Notes under the pieces: model-generated
Told to the model about the DNA's origin: nothing
What the model saw: the letters and a program-made list of their open reading frames with translations, nothing else
Databases searched by the model: none
Assembly (NCBI RefSeq): GCF_009914755.1
Contig: NC_060932.1
Direction: 5' to 3' (one strand)
Source: the human T2T-CHM13v2.0 reference genome, Homo sapiens
Length of the DNA stretch: 64,000 nt
Translations under genes and position numbers: made by a program
Shown here: positions 16,662 through 29,180 of the stretch, piece after piece
How positions within the stretch are numbered: position 1 is the stretch's first letter
Layout: every line of letters starts with the position of its first letter

Positions 16662-17195
16662 TGTAGTGGTTTGCTATTGTGAATAACTAATTGTCATAAA
16701 TTCAGTGCTTATAAAAACACTCATTTAATTTCCTGTTTCTATGGGTCAGGAATGGGCCTGGCTTGATTGGGTCATCTGCTCAGGGTCTCCCAAAGCTGCA
16801 GTGAAGGTGTCAGCTGCACTGTCGTCCTTGCCTAGAGTGTGGGGTCTTCCTCCAAGCTCATTTTCATGTTGGTGGACTTAAGTTCTTTGTGGTGATACAA
16901 TTGAGGCTTTCAGCCTAGACAAAGCCCCTCTCCATAGGTGGTTTATACCATGGCTGTTTGCTTTCTTCTCTGAGGCCCCCAGGAGAGTGTGTCTTGGATG
17001 CTTCACCTTCTCTCAAAGGCTCCTTTCATTATGCCAGTGTTATCCAGGATTATACTGCTTTTGAACTCAAAGCTAATTGATTATTGGTTAAATCATAATA
17101 CTGATACTCCAATATAGTCCATTCCACACTCAAGGCGAGGGGATTCTCAGTACATGTGCAAGACAGGCACACATCTTGGAATTCTGCCCACTACA
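16662..17195 (-). mobile_element. MaLR MLT1-type LTR
   Basis: gtttctatgggtcaggaat...tctgctcagggtctccc...gctgcagtgaaggtgtcagct; ends attctgcccactaca. Confidence 0.75.
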
Positions 17196-17489
17196 GTCAT
17201 GTGGCCAGGGCCAGTGAGACATCTTCAGAAAAAAGGCAATCTTCAAAGTGATCTTAGGCTGTGATTCTCAAAGAAGATCTGTGCTTTTTGCTGATAAACT
17301 ACATTTAATCTGAAACGGCCACAGCATTCTCAGTGTTAGTTGACTGGTGGCTATAGACGCTGGAATTACCAGACTGACTGATTTGATATGCAACCATCAG
17401 GAGCAAAATTTTCATTTTGAGTAAAGTTTAAAGAGCTGAGCTAGAGGAGAAAAATCTGTACACCAGATATACTCTTAGACATTCGCTAT

Positions 17490-17660
17490 ATATGATTTGA
17501 TTTTAAATCCACCACCATCTGAGACTGGTTTTATTTAAGAGGAGGAAATCAAATCTCAGAGGGAGTGACTTATCAAAGGCCATGCAGCAAGTTAGTCAAT
17601 GTGAGAGATGGGGTTTGAACATGTGTCCTCTTTCCTCAGCCCAGGATTTTCCAAGATAAC
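17490..17660 (-). mobile_element. MIR fragment
   Basis: gaggaaatcaaatctcagag...gtgacttatcaaaggccatgcagc...gggtttgaac. Confidence 0.6.
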
Positions 17661-17814
17661 ATCTACTTTTCCTGTTAACAGCAGGGTTAGCTGCACATAG
17701 AATAATTTTTTTTTTGCATGCATGCTTCTTACTATAGACATTGATCGTTCTTCAAAGTACTCTTCAGCTCTTCATGCACATGTAAAGTGCACAAAAGAAA
17801 AATAAGATAGTTAA

Positions 17815-19898
17815 GCAGGAAACATTCCCTCTGAAAACCGGCACAATACTATAGTATTGCACAACATAGTATTGCACAACATGGTATTGCAAGTTCTGGC
17901 CAGGGAAATCAGGCTACAGAAAGAAATAAAAGGTATTCAAATAGGAAGAGAGGAAGTCAAATTGTTTCTGTTTGCAGGCAACACGGTCTTATATCTAGAA
18001 AACCCCCTCATCTCAGTCCGAAAGCTCCTTAAACTGATAAGCAACTTCAGCAAAGTCTCAGGACACAAAATCCATGTGCAAAAATCACAATCCTTCCTAT
18101 ACACCAACAATAGACAAGCAGAGAGCCAAATCATGAATGAACTCCCATTCACAATTGCTACAAAGAGAATAAAATGCCTAGGAATACAGCTAACAAAGAG
18201 GACATGAAGGACCTCTGCAAATGGAACTACAAACACTGCTCGAGGAAATAAGAGAAGACTCAGACAAATGGAAAAACGTTCCATGCTCATGGATAGGAAG
18301 ACTCAATATAGTAAAAATGGCCATATTGCCTAAAGTAATTTATACGTTCAATGCTATTCCCGTAAAACTACCATTGACATTCTTCACAGAATTAGAAAAA
18401 ACTACTTTAAAATTCATATAGAACAAAAAAGAGCCTGTATAGCCAAGACAATCCTAAGCAAAAAGAACAAAGCTGAAGGCATACTGTTATCCCACTTCAA
18501 ACTGTACTACAAGGCTACAGTAACCAAAACAGCATGGTGCTGGTACAAAAACAGACACATAGACAAATGGAACAGAATAGAGCTCTCAGAAATAAGACCG
18601 CACATCTACAACCAACTGATCTTCCACAAACCTGGTGCAAACAAGCAATGGGAAAAGGATTCCCTAGTTAATGAATGGCTAGCCATATGCAGAAAATTGA
18701 AACTGGACCTCTTCCTTACACCTTATACAAAAATTAACTCGAGATGGATTAAAGACTTAAATGTAAAACCCAAAAGCATGAAAAACCCTAGAAGAAAATC
18801 TAGGCAATACCATTCAGGACATAAGCATGGGAAAAGATTTCTTGACTAAAACATCAAAAGCAATTGCAAGAAAAGCAAAAATTGACAAATGGGATCTAAT
18901 TAAACTAAAGAGCTTCTGCACAGCAAAAGAAACTGTCATCAGAGTGAACAGAAAACCTATGGAACGGGAAAAAATTTTTGCAATCGATCTGCCTCACAGA
19001 GGTCTAATATCCAGAATCTACAAGGAATTTAAACAAATTTACAAGAAAAAACAACCCCATCAAAAAGTGGGCAAAGGATATAAACAGACACTTCTCAAAA
19101 GAAGACATTCATGCAACTAACAAACATATGAAAAAAGCTCAACATCACTGACTCTTAGAGAAATGTAAATCAAAACCACAATGAGATACCATCTCACGCC
19201 AGTCAGAATGGCCATTATTAAAAAGTCAAGAAACCACAGAAGCTGGTGAGGCTATGGAGAAATAGGAACACTTTTACACTGTTGGTGGGAATGTAAATTC
19301 ATTCAACCATTCTGGAAGACAGTGTGGTGATTCCTCAAGGATCTAGAACCAAAAATACCATTTGACCCAGCAATCCCTTTACTAGGTATATACCCAAGAG
19401 AATATAAATCATTCCATTATAAAGATACATGCACACATATGTTTACTGCAGCACTATTCACAATAGCAAAGACATGGAATCAACCCAAATGGCCATCAAG
19501 GATAGGGTAGATAAAGAAAACATGCTATATATACACCATGGAATACTGTGCAGCTATAAAAAGGAATGAGATCATGTCCTTTGCAGGAACATGGATGAAG
19601 CTGGAAGTCATTACCCTCAGCAAACTAACACAGGAACAGAAAACCAAACATAGCATGTTCTCACTCCTAAGCGGGAGGTGAACATTGAGAACCCATGGTC
19701 ACAGGGAGGGGAACAACACACACTGGGGCCTGTCAGGGAGATCATCAGGATAAATAGCTAATGCATGAGGGGCTTAATACCTAGGTGATGGGTTGATAGA
19801 TGCAGCAAACCACCATGGCACATATTTACCTAGTTAACAAACCTGCACATTCTACACATGTATCCTGGAATATAAAATTAAATGTATAAAAAAAAAAG
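17815..19898 (+). mobile_element. 5'-truncated older L1PA (about PA13-16)
   Basis: ORF2 C-terminal peptides ([49 protein letters not shown]); L1PA 3'UTR; poly-A at about 19887-19898. Confidence 0.93.
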
Positions 19899-20719
19899 AT
19901 AACATAGTCACACTGAACTTCAGTATCTTGAGAGAACACCAGCATGATCGTTTTTGATTTTTTAAAAAAAATCAGGAAAAAGATTATTCTAGAAGTAGTC
20001 ACTCTTGGTTAGGAGGATAAAATTATACTGCCTTCTTCAGAACTAAGATTTATAGATTTGAGTTAGCTACAAATGTCATCGATGAAATATTTATTTGGGC
20101 TTTTTAACTTCAAAACTGAGTCTGTCACAGTTAATCCTGTAATTAGAATTTACACAGGATCACTATTTTTTATTTGATTAAAATTGCCTTTTTTGTATGT
20201 CCTCAAGTTCTGCTTTACTTCCACATTATTATGCCACAGAAAATGGCTTTGCTGGGGTTTTTCCAGAGTTTTAGGAGTCTAAACTTACAAACCACGTAAT
20301 GATAAAAATAATTGTTTAGTAATTAAGACATGGAATGTAATATGAAACTTAGTAAAGAAACGACTGAGTATAAAAAGCCAATAGTTTTTTGGGGGTAAAA
20401 TTATTCACACAAAGTAAGAGACCGTGGATATATGCACCTCCAAATGATGTAGGAAAAACTTTCACCCAGTGAAAAAGCGAAGTGAAAAGAATGCATTAAG
20501 GTTTTTTTCTGAGCTCTAGATGTGTGAATGGAGGGGGTAGGGATATGGGGGCCCCCCTCTTTGGAATCAGAAACTATTGGCTTGCTTCTCCAGGAATTTG
20601 AGGATTGTTATTTATACTGCCTGTGGATTCAGAAACAAGCAAGCCAAGAAACTATCATACAGATTTCACTTGGGCTGGTGATATGCCCAGATTTACAAGC
20701 AAAACTGCTTTTGGAGGTT

Positions 20720-21106
20720 GTTAATAGGCAGAATTATGTCCTCAATCGAAATGCATATGTTGAAGTCATATACTCCCCAGTACCTCAGAATGAGACCTTA
20801 TTTGGAGATCAGGTCTTTATAGAGGTAGCTCAATTAAAATGAGGTCGTTAGGATGGGCTCTAATTCAACATGACTGGTGTCCTTGTAAGAGGATATTTGG
20901 ACACAGACAACACATAGAGAAAAGATTGTATGAAGGCACAGGGAGAAGACCGCCATCTACAAGCCAAGGAGAGAGGCCTCAGAAGAAAACAACTCTGCCA
21001 ACACCTTAATTTCAGACTCTGGCCCTCAGATTATAAGACATAGACGTCTGTGTTTAAGCCACCTGCTCTGTGGTACCTTGTAATGGCAGCCCCAGCAGAC
21101 TAATAC
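20720..21106 (+). mobile_element. MaLR MLT1A/B-type solo LTR
   Basis: cctcagaatgagaccttatttggaga...gccatctacaagccaaggagagaggcctcagaagaa...cagactaatac. Confidence 0.85.
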
Positions 21107-21149
21107 GGGGGTTGATTCCACAACACAAACCACAGTGGGTTCTCACAGA

Positions 21150-21960
21150 AAAATATAGCCTTACTAATTTTCATATCTCAATTTACAAAATATACAACAA
21201 ATGAGGGAATGATCTACCATGAATGAGAGCATTATTAGAACTTTGAGAAATTAAAAAATTAGAATAGCAATCGGAAGTAGAACATAATATAAGCATGTTT
21301 AAAATGGTTAAGATGTAAATGAAGGCACTGGTATATTAAGAAAAGATTAACATACTATGAAAAACAAATAGGCATAAATTTAGCAATGAAAGAATTTGTA
21401 GAAACTAAAAACGTAGTCTTTGAAATTAAGAAAACAAATGGATCAATTAAATGGCAAATTAGAGATGGCAAAAAATTAAAGCTTAAAGATAAGTACGTGA
21501 AAATTATACAGCTTTTAGTATCAAGGGGTAATAAATGAAAACTGTAAAAGTGATGTTAAGAGACATGGGTGATAGAATGAGAAGAACCCGTATACATCAG
21601 AAATGCTGGAAGGGGAAAATAGAAGGAATGGAGGAGAAACTATAGTCAAAAAGTAATGACTGAAATGTTCTATATGGTTCAGATTCATAAAGTGAAATAT
21701 GAAATGTCTCCTGAGCAGAATACATAAAAAAATACAATGACACCCAGCACAGTGTAATGTGGTTGCAAAATATCAATGACATAGATAACATCTTGGAAGC
21801 AACTAAAGATAAATGATGATACAATGACTAGATTTACATTAATCTTCTCAACAGCAATAATAGAGGTCAGAAGACAACAGAATAATATTGTTACATTTCT
21901 GAGGGAAAACTGCAGTGAAATGAAAATTTTAATGACATTAACTAAAATAATTTATTCAGA
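21150..21960 (+). mobile_element. Ancient L1 (L1ME-like) ORF1-region fragment
   Basis: A-rich sequence with degenerate ORF1-like motifs (cttctcaacagcaataatagagg...agaagacaa). Confidence 0.55.
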
Positions 21961-22249
21961 ATTTTTAGCTTTCTTGTTGACTTTATGAAAATTAGACATT
22001 CCATGAAATCTGTATCTCTTTTGATACATCTCAATTTTTTTAAAAGCTGGTTTTGTAATAAACTCCATATAGCTTACCTTCTGTCACTAAGGATGGTAAT
22101 CACCTCTATTTAGTACTCATTTGAGGAGGTGTTGATGTGGTTGAAGAGCAAAGTGGTAACTTCTATCTTCTAGTCTTCAAGGAGCTTTCTTCCTTTGGAC
22201 AATTTATTCAGCCTCTCAGATATTGTAAAAGAAAGAACTGCAGGGTCAT

Positions 22250-22460
22250 ATACAGACAAACACAAACTTTCGCATCAGACAGACCTCAATGTCAAGCCAG
22301 CTTGCCCACTGACTTGCTGACATGTCTTTTGTGTTTAATAAATACTTGTTAGTGGGAGTTACTTAGTCTCTCCAAGGCTCAGTTACCTAATCTGGAATAT
22401 GGGAGTGGCAATACCTGGCTCAACTGGTTGTGAAAGGATCATTGAGATGTTCTATGTGAT
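22250..22460 (+). mobile_element. MIR fragment
   Basis: gttacttagtctctcc...ctcagttacctaatctggaatatggg...ggttgtga. Confidence 0.6.
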
Positions 22461-22809
22461 TTGGTTCCTGTTGCGCTCATCACAAAGAAAGCAGAAAATC
22501 AAGCAGCTGGTGCTCTTCAAATCTCTAACATCCCTTCTAGTTCTAACATTCTCAGAATTCATGATTTGATTTCATAAGAGTAAACCAATTTTTAGGAAAT
22601 GTGGAAGGTAAGTGCTTTTTGTTTTTGTTTTGTTTTTATTGTTTTTTCAGTTCCATGGATCTTTATTTGACCAAGACATTGCAGTAAACTCATAAACATA
22701 AAATGGAGGGTTCTATTTTTTCTTGGAAGCTTTTACTTAATTACAGTAGATGCAAAGGCTGACCCCTTGTGGCAAAGAGTGGTGGCTACAGGCTATAACT
22801 CTTTGCTAG

Positions 22810-23127
<318 letters not shown>

Positions 23128-23742
23128 GACTACTTCAGCTTTAAACATTTGCTGCAGACCCAGCAGTCTCCTGGGTGGAGGCAATGCTGACAGTGAGGGG
23201 GTTGATGGAAGCTGTGCACAGAATGTGTTTGTATATGTTGACCACATTAGACTATGTCATTCCAGAGAGCCGCTGCTGTTCCTCGGTAGTGGCAGCTTCA
23301 CCCCAAATGTATTTTTAAAGTAGTGTATGAGTAATATAAGAACACTGCTGTTACATGGTAAACTTTCAATCAGTGTGTCTTCTCTCCCACCTTTTCTTTC
23401 TGAAGCTATGAGATAAAAGGTTTGATAGATGAACTTTAATGCCCTGTTATTCTAGTTGTAACAGCCTTGTGAAAATACAGTCTGTATACCTCGTAATTTA
23501 TTTATTTATAGTTAAAACGAAATCCAAACATTTGCCCCCCCCGCCCCCATCCAAATTCAAAATTCTCTGATAACAAAGTAACACTGCAAATATTCTCTTA
23601 TGTTGCAAAATCTTATAGGAGGTATAAAAATGAAGGGAAGAAAGTATGTAATTCCTGGTTCAGATGGTGCAACAGAAGTTTCCCTGTCATTTTCTCAGTG
23701 TGCTTCCCATTTGGTGTGGAAGTCATGCGGGAAAGTGGGGAT

Positions 23743-24080
23743 TGTAGGTCAGTTCTCTAGACACAAGCACTGAGGGAATTTGGAGTGCAAGATGTTTGTT
23801 AGGGATCAATACATACGAAGAGAGGAAATGAGATGATGCAGGATTGGGCAGAAGGAGAAGCCCACTGACAGATATAGGACCAAGAAAGCCTCACCTACTC
23901 CAGCAAGGAGCTCTAAATAGAGGATAACCCAACTCATGTCCCAAGTTAGGCCCAAATGGCTGGACCTTTATGCTCCTGCCTGGCCAAGGGGCTTTCTACA
24001 GCTGAGGCTAACTGTGAAGGAGCCACAGCAACTCTTTCTTTGGAAAGAAGTCTGGGGGCAGGTCTCTATGTCTACCACAG
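23743..24080 (-). mobile_element. ERVL LTR16-like relic
   Basis: tgtaggtcagttctc...tgcaagatgtttgttaggga...ggattgggcaga; similar to the element at 41139. Confidence 0.55.
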
Positions 24081-24916
24081 TGTCTCGAAGACAAGGGAAC
24101 AAAGAAACTCAATCCATTTCCACCTTTCATAAACAATCTTCTTGCTGATCCCAAAATGTAGCTTCGTCACAGCTCCAGCTATTTCTGCTGAAAGTATTGC
24201 TCTCTACTGTCTTTGTCTCCTACAAATCCACCCAGAGCAGTGCTGTTCTTTCTTACACAATTTCCTCTCCTGCTCAGGCCTTCAGCTTGGCCTTCTCCCA
24301 GAATCAATGCTAGTCTGTATTACCAAATTGGACGTATAACTATTCTGCCTTGCATTTTTAACATATGCATGTTCTGTTTTCTTAACTAAATTATAAGCCA
24401 GGGGCTGCAAGAAAAGTTTTATCTTGTACTCAGTGATGTTCATTTGTTAATGGCTACCTGGAGGAGATTTGTGTTGAGAAGGATTCTGAGTCTGAATCCA
24501 AGCGCAGTGAAAAGTACAACCATCATTGATGACCTTCACACTCACACCAGGGAGAGAGGTGACATCCTCTTTTATGTTTGACTTCCAACTCTGTTCTCAA
24601 GTCTCCACTTGATGAGATACATATATACATACATCAAATATAATTAAAAATCAAATATATACAAATATATATATGATCTTTACTGTTTAAATGTAGAAAT
24701 AAATTACTGTAAGTGTCTCAAGGGATCTTCAGTTGTGGAGCATAAGCCCCTTACAGAGAAGCTCCTATGATATATACCCAGAAGTGAACCGGCTGGATCA
24801 TCAGGTTTTTTACTTCATTAAATATTACCCTATTCCTTTCTAGCTTTACATGAGGAGTTCTAGATCTCTCTACAATCTCTAAGAACTGCTGTTTAATCAC
24901 TTGTAACTCTTACATT

Positions 24917-25785
24917 TGTTGACAAAAAAGCTGAACTCTATATGATATTTAAAGAGGTTTACCCTGAGCCACATATGAGTGACCATGTCCCAAAGCACAG
25001 TTTCAAGAGGTCTTGAGAACATGTGCCAAAGTTTGTTGAGATACAGCTTGTTCCTGTATGTTTCAGGGAGACAGAAGACATCCGTCAATACATATGAGGT
25101 ATACGTTGGTTTGGTCTGGAGTGCCAGACAACATGAAGTGGGGGAGGGGGTGCTTGCAGGTCATAAGTGGACTCAAAGATTTTTCTGATTGGCAATTGAT
25201 TGAAAGAGTTAGGTTATTATTTAAATACCTGGAATACAAGGGAGTATCTGGGTTGAGAAAAAGGGTTGTGGAGACTAAGGTTCTAATTATGTAGATAAAG
25301 TCTCATAGTTGGCTGTCTTTAGAGACAATAGATGGCAAATATTTCCTATTTAGACCTTTAAACGGTGCTAGACTCTTAATCTCTTCAAGATTAGGAGGGC
25401 CTGAAAGGTGGAAGATCTAATTATGTTAATAGAGATTCTTTACAGATGTAAATTTTCCCCCACAAAAGATGGTTTTGCAAGGCCATTTTAAAATTTGGCA
25501 AAGAAACATATTTTGGGGTAAAATATTTTTGATTTCCTTCATTATTTTTCATGTGATGTTTTGCTAGAGTCAGTCTGGAATTTGATATCTTTTTGCAGAT
25601 CTCTGTTTTCATGTATATGCTGGACAATTGGGTCTGTACTCCAAAAGAAGAGTATAATGAGGCATGTCTGACACCCTCATTCCATCATGACTTTAACTAG
25701 TTTTCAGGTTTCTTTGGGTCCCCTTGGCCAAGAGGGGGGCCCGTTCAGTCAGTCAGGAGGCTTAGAAGTTTATTTTTGGTTTACA
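24917..25785 (-). mobile_element. ERV1 MER4-group solo LTR
   Basis: TG...CA termini, 4-bp TSD catt at 24913-24916 / 25786-25789, MER4-like ends (ctgagccacatatgagtgaccatg; tttatttttggtttaca). Confidence 0.85.
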
Positions 25786-26274
25786 CATTGAACAAGCATG
25801 ATTCTTAGAATGAAATCAGTAGCACATTCAGCTTTGCCTCCCATTGTACTTTGAAATACTCTGTGCGGCTCTTTCCCTGTCTCTACAAGGGAAGTCCAGT
25901 AGATATCCTAACTTTTCTGTACCCCTTAGGAAATAAATATCGCATTTCAAGTCATAAAAGATAGTTTTAATTAGAGAATTAAATGCCCAGCCCATGAAAG
26001 AATCAAATTTTAATCTTGATTTAAAATTGAGTCTTCTCCCTCTCCCTCAGCTTGATCCTGTTGCAATCTGGAAGAATGCACTTAATCAATGTCTTTCCTC
26101 ATTTTCCACACTGTGCTTCTATCATTTCTCTTTCATCTAGCTGCAAGGGACTCTGGCCCCTTTAGGAATAGAGCAAGGTAGGGTGAGAAGTGGTAGGGGA
26201 AACAGGAGAGTTGGGGTTGACTAGTTCTGTTGTGGCCATCTAGCAGCTGAGCTCTCTGGACTTGGGTGTTTTTT

Positions 26275-29180
26275 TAAATACTTTGAAAAATTGAGTTATA
26301 ACTCTTATATCATAAAATCACCACTTGAATGTGTAAACTTTAGTGCTTTTTAAATTATATTAATAAGGTTAAGCAACCATCACCACTATCTAATTCCATA
26401 ACATTTTCATCACCCCCAAAAGAAGCCCTGCCCTGTATCCATTAACAGTCATTCCCACTCACTTAGTCCTTGAAACCAGTAACCTACTTTCTGTCTTTGG
26501 ATTTGCCTGTTCTGAATATTTCATATAAAGGGAATCAATAACAGGTGACTTTTTGTGATTGGCTTCTTTCATTTAGCACAGTATTTTCACAGTATGTTGT
26601 AGTAGTATGTATCAATACTTTATTCCTTTATATGACTGGATAGTATTCCATTGTGTGGTTATACCACGTTTTGTTTATACATTTATCAGTTATTAGACAT
26701 TTGAGTTGCTTCCAGTTCTTGATTATCATGAATAATATCATTAAAATAATGCTGCTATGAAAATTCATGCACACGTTTTTTTTAATGTAGATATGTTTTA
26801 AATTCTCTTGAATATATACCAAGAGTAGAATTGTTCAGCAGTATATGAACTCTATATTTAACATTTTGAGAAACTTCCAAGCTATTTTCTACAGTGCCTG
26901 CATCATTTTAGATTCCCACCAGTAGTGTATGAGGGTTCCAATGTCTCCACATCCTCACCAACACATGCTATTTTCTGTTTCTTTGATTATAGCCATCCTA
27001 GTGGCTGTAAAGTATCAGATATATGATTACAAGTATTTTCTTCCATTCTGGAGATTGTCTCTTCAATTTCTTATTCACTTATTTATTTATTGGAGACAAG
27101 ATCCCCCACTCTGTCACCCAGGTTGGAGTGCAGTGGCACAATCATACCTCACTGCAGCCTTGAACTCCTGGGCTCAACTGATACTCCTGCCTCAACCTTT
27201 CCAGTAAGTGGGACTACAGGCATGAGCCATGATGCCCAGCTAACTTATTTTTATTTTATTTTGGTAGAGACAGGGTCTTGCTTTGTTGCCCAGGCTGTTT
27301 TCAACTCCTGGCCTCAAGACATCCTCCTGCCTTGGTCTCCCAAAGTCCTAAGATTACAGGCATCACTGTGCCCAGCCCTTCTTCATTTTCTTGATAGTAC
27401 CCTTAGACAAACAAATGTTTTCAACTTTAATGAAATTTTATTAATATGTTTTTCTTCAGTCACTTGTGCTTTTAATGTCACGTATAAGAAACTACTGCCT
27501 AATGCAAGATCATGAAGACTTACTCCTGTATTTCCTTCCAAGAATTTCATAGTTTTATCACTGACCTTTAGGTTTTTGATCCATTTTTTAGTCTATTTTT
27601 TTTAATTTTTGTGGGTACATAGTAGGTGTACATATTATGGGATACATGAAATACCCTGATTTGATCCCTTTTAAATTAATTTCATCATATGATGTGAGAT
27701 AGTGGTAAAAATTCTTCTTTACCTGTGGATATCCAGTTGTCCTAGAATCATTTGTTGAAAGTACTATCATTTTCCCATTGAATGGTCTTTACATCATTGT
27801 TGAAAATTGGTTGACTAGAGATGTATGAGTTTATTTCTAAACTCTCAATTCCATTCCATTTGTCTACATGTCTATCTTTATGCCATTACCACACTTGATT
27901 GACTAGTGTAGCTTTGTAGTAAGTTTTGAAATTAAGAAGTGTGAATCTTTCAACTTTATTTTTCTTCTTCAAGATTATCTTTGCTATTCTGAGTCCCTTT
28001 TATTCATATCAATTTTATGATCAACCCTTCCGTTTTTGTAAAAAAGGGTAATTGAAATATTGTTAGGTTTTCCATTGAATCTGTATCTCAATTTTGAAAA
28101 ATCTTGCCTTCTTAACAGTATTCCTTTTTTAATTCATAAACAAGGAATATATTTCTGTTTATGATTCTTTTATTTTTCTCAACAATGTTTTATAGTTTTC
28201 AGTGTATAAGCATTTCACTTCTTTAGTTACATTCATCCCTCAATATTTCATTATTTTTGATACTATTACAAATAAAAGTATTTCGTTAATTTTATTTTCA
28301 GATTATCATTGCTAATGTATAGTAATACAGTTGATTTTTGTATATTGACATGCATTTTGCATCCTTGGTGAATTTGTTTATTAACTCTTTTGTGTGTGTG
28401 TGTGTTCTTTGGGGTATTCCACATATAATCATATCATCTGTAAATAGAGGTAGTAGTTTTACTTCTTCCTTTCCAAACTTTATGACTTTTTTTCATTTTC
28501 TTGCCTAATTGTGTGGATAGAACCTCTACCACAGTGTTGAATAGAACGGGAAAAAGTGAACATTCTTTTCTTGTTCTTGGTCTTAAGGAAGACGGAAGCT
28601 TTCTTTTCACTATTAAATTTTTAAGTTTCCTTTCACTATTGCTATTGGTTTGTCTTAAATGCCCTTTATCATATTAAGGATGTTCCTCTTTATTCCTGGT
28701 TTTATGATGTTTTTTATCATGAAAAGGCACTGGATTTTGTCAAATGATTTTTCTCTATCTGTTGAAATGATCATGGTTTTTTCCTTTATTTTATTAATAT
28801 AATTGATTGATTTTCATAGGTTGAAACACGCTTGCATTTCTGGGATAAATCCCACTTGGTTGCAGTGCAAAATCCTTTTTATATGCTGCTGGCCTCTCCT
28901 AGTATTTAGGTAAGGATTTTGACATCTATATTAATAAAAAAAATTGGTCCATAGTTTTTTCCTTGTGATGTCTTTAGTTTTGGTATCAAGCAAATATTGG
29001 CCTTATAAGTTGAGTTAAGAAGTGTTCCCTTCACTACTATAGTTTGGAAGAATCTGTGACAAATTGATGTTAATTCTTTATTAGGTTTATTTTGGTACAA
29101 TTCACAGGTAAAGCCACTTCATCCTAGGCTTTTCTTTGTGGGAAGTTTTCTGATTACTAACTCAATCTCTTTATTGAGTC
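26275..29180 (-). mobile_element. Old L1 (L1MB/MC-type) 3' end plus ORF2 remnant
   Basis: Reverse L1 3'UTR; minus-strand peptides WYNHTMEYYPVI and NICLIPK...NYGPIFFINIDVKILT. Confidence 0.85.
27080..27377 (-). mobile_element. AluJ
   Basis: AluJ diagnostics cactgcagccttgaactcctgggctcaa and agacagggtcttgctttgttgcccagg. Confidence 0.9.
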
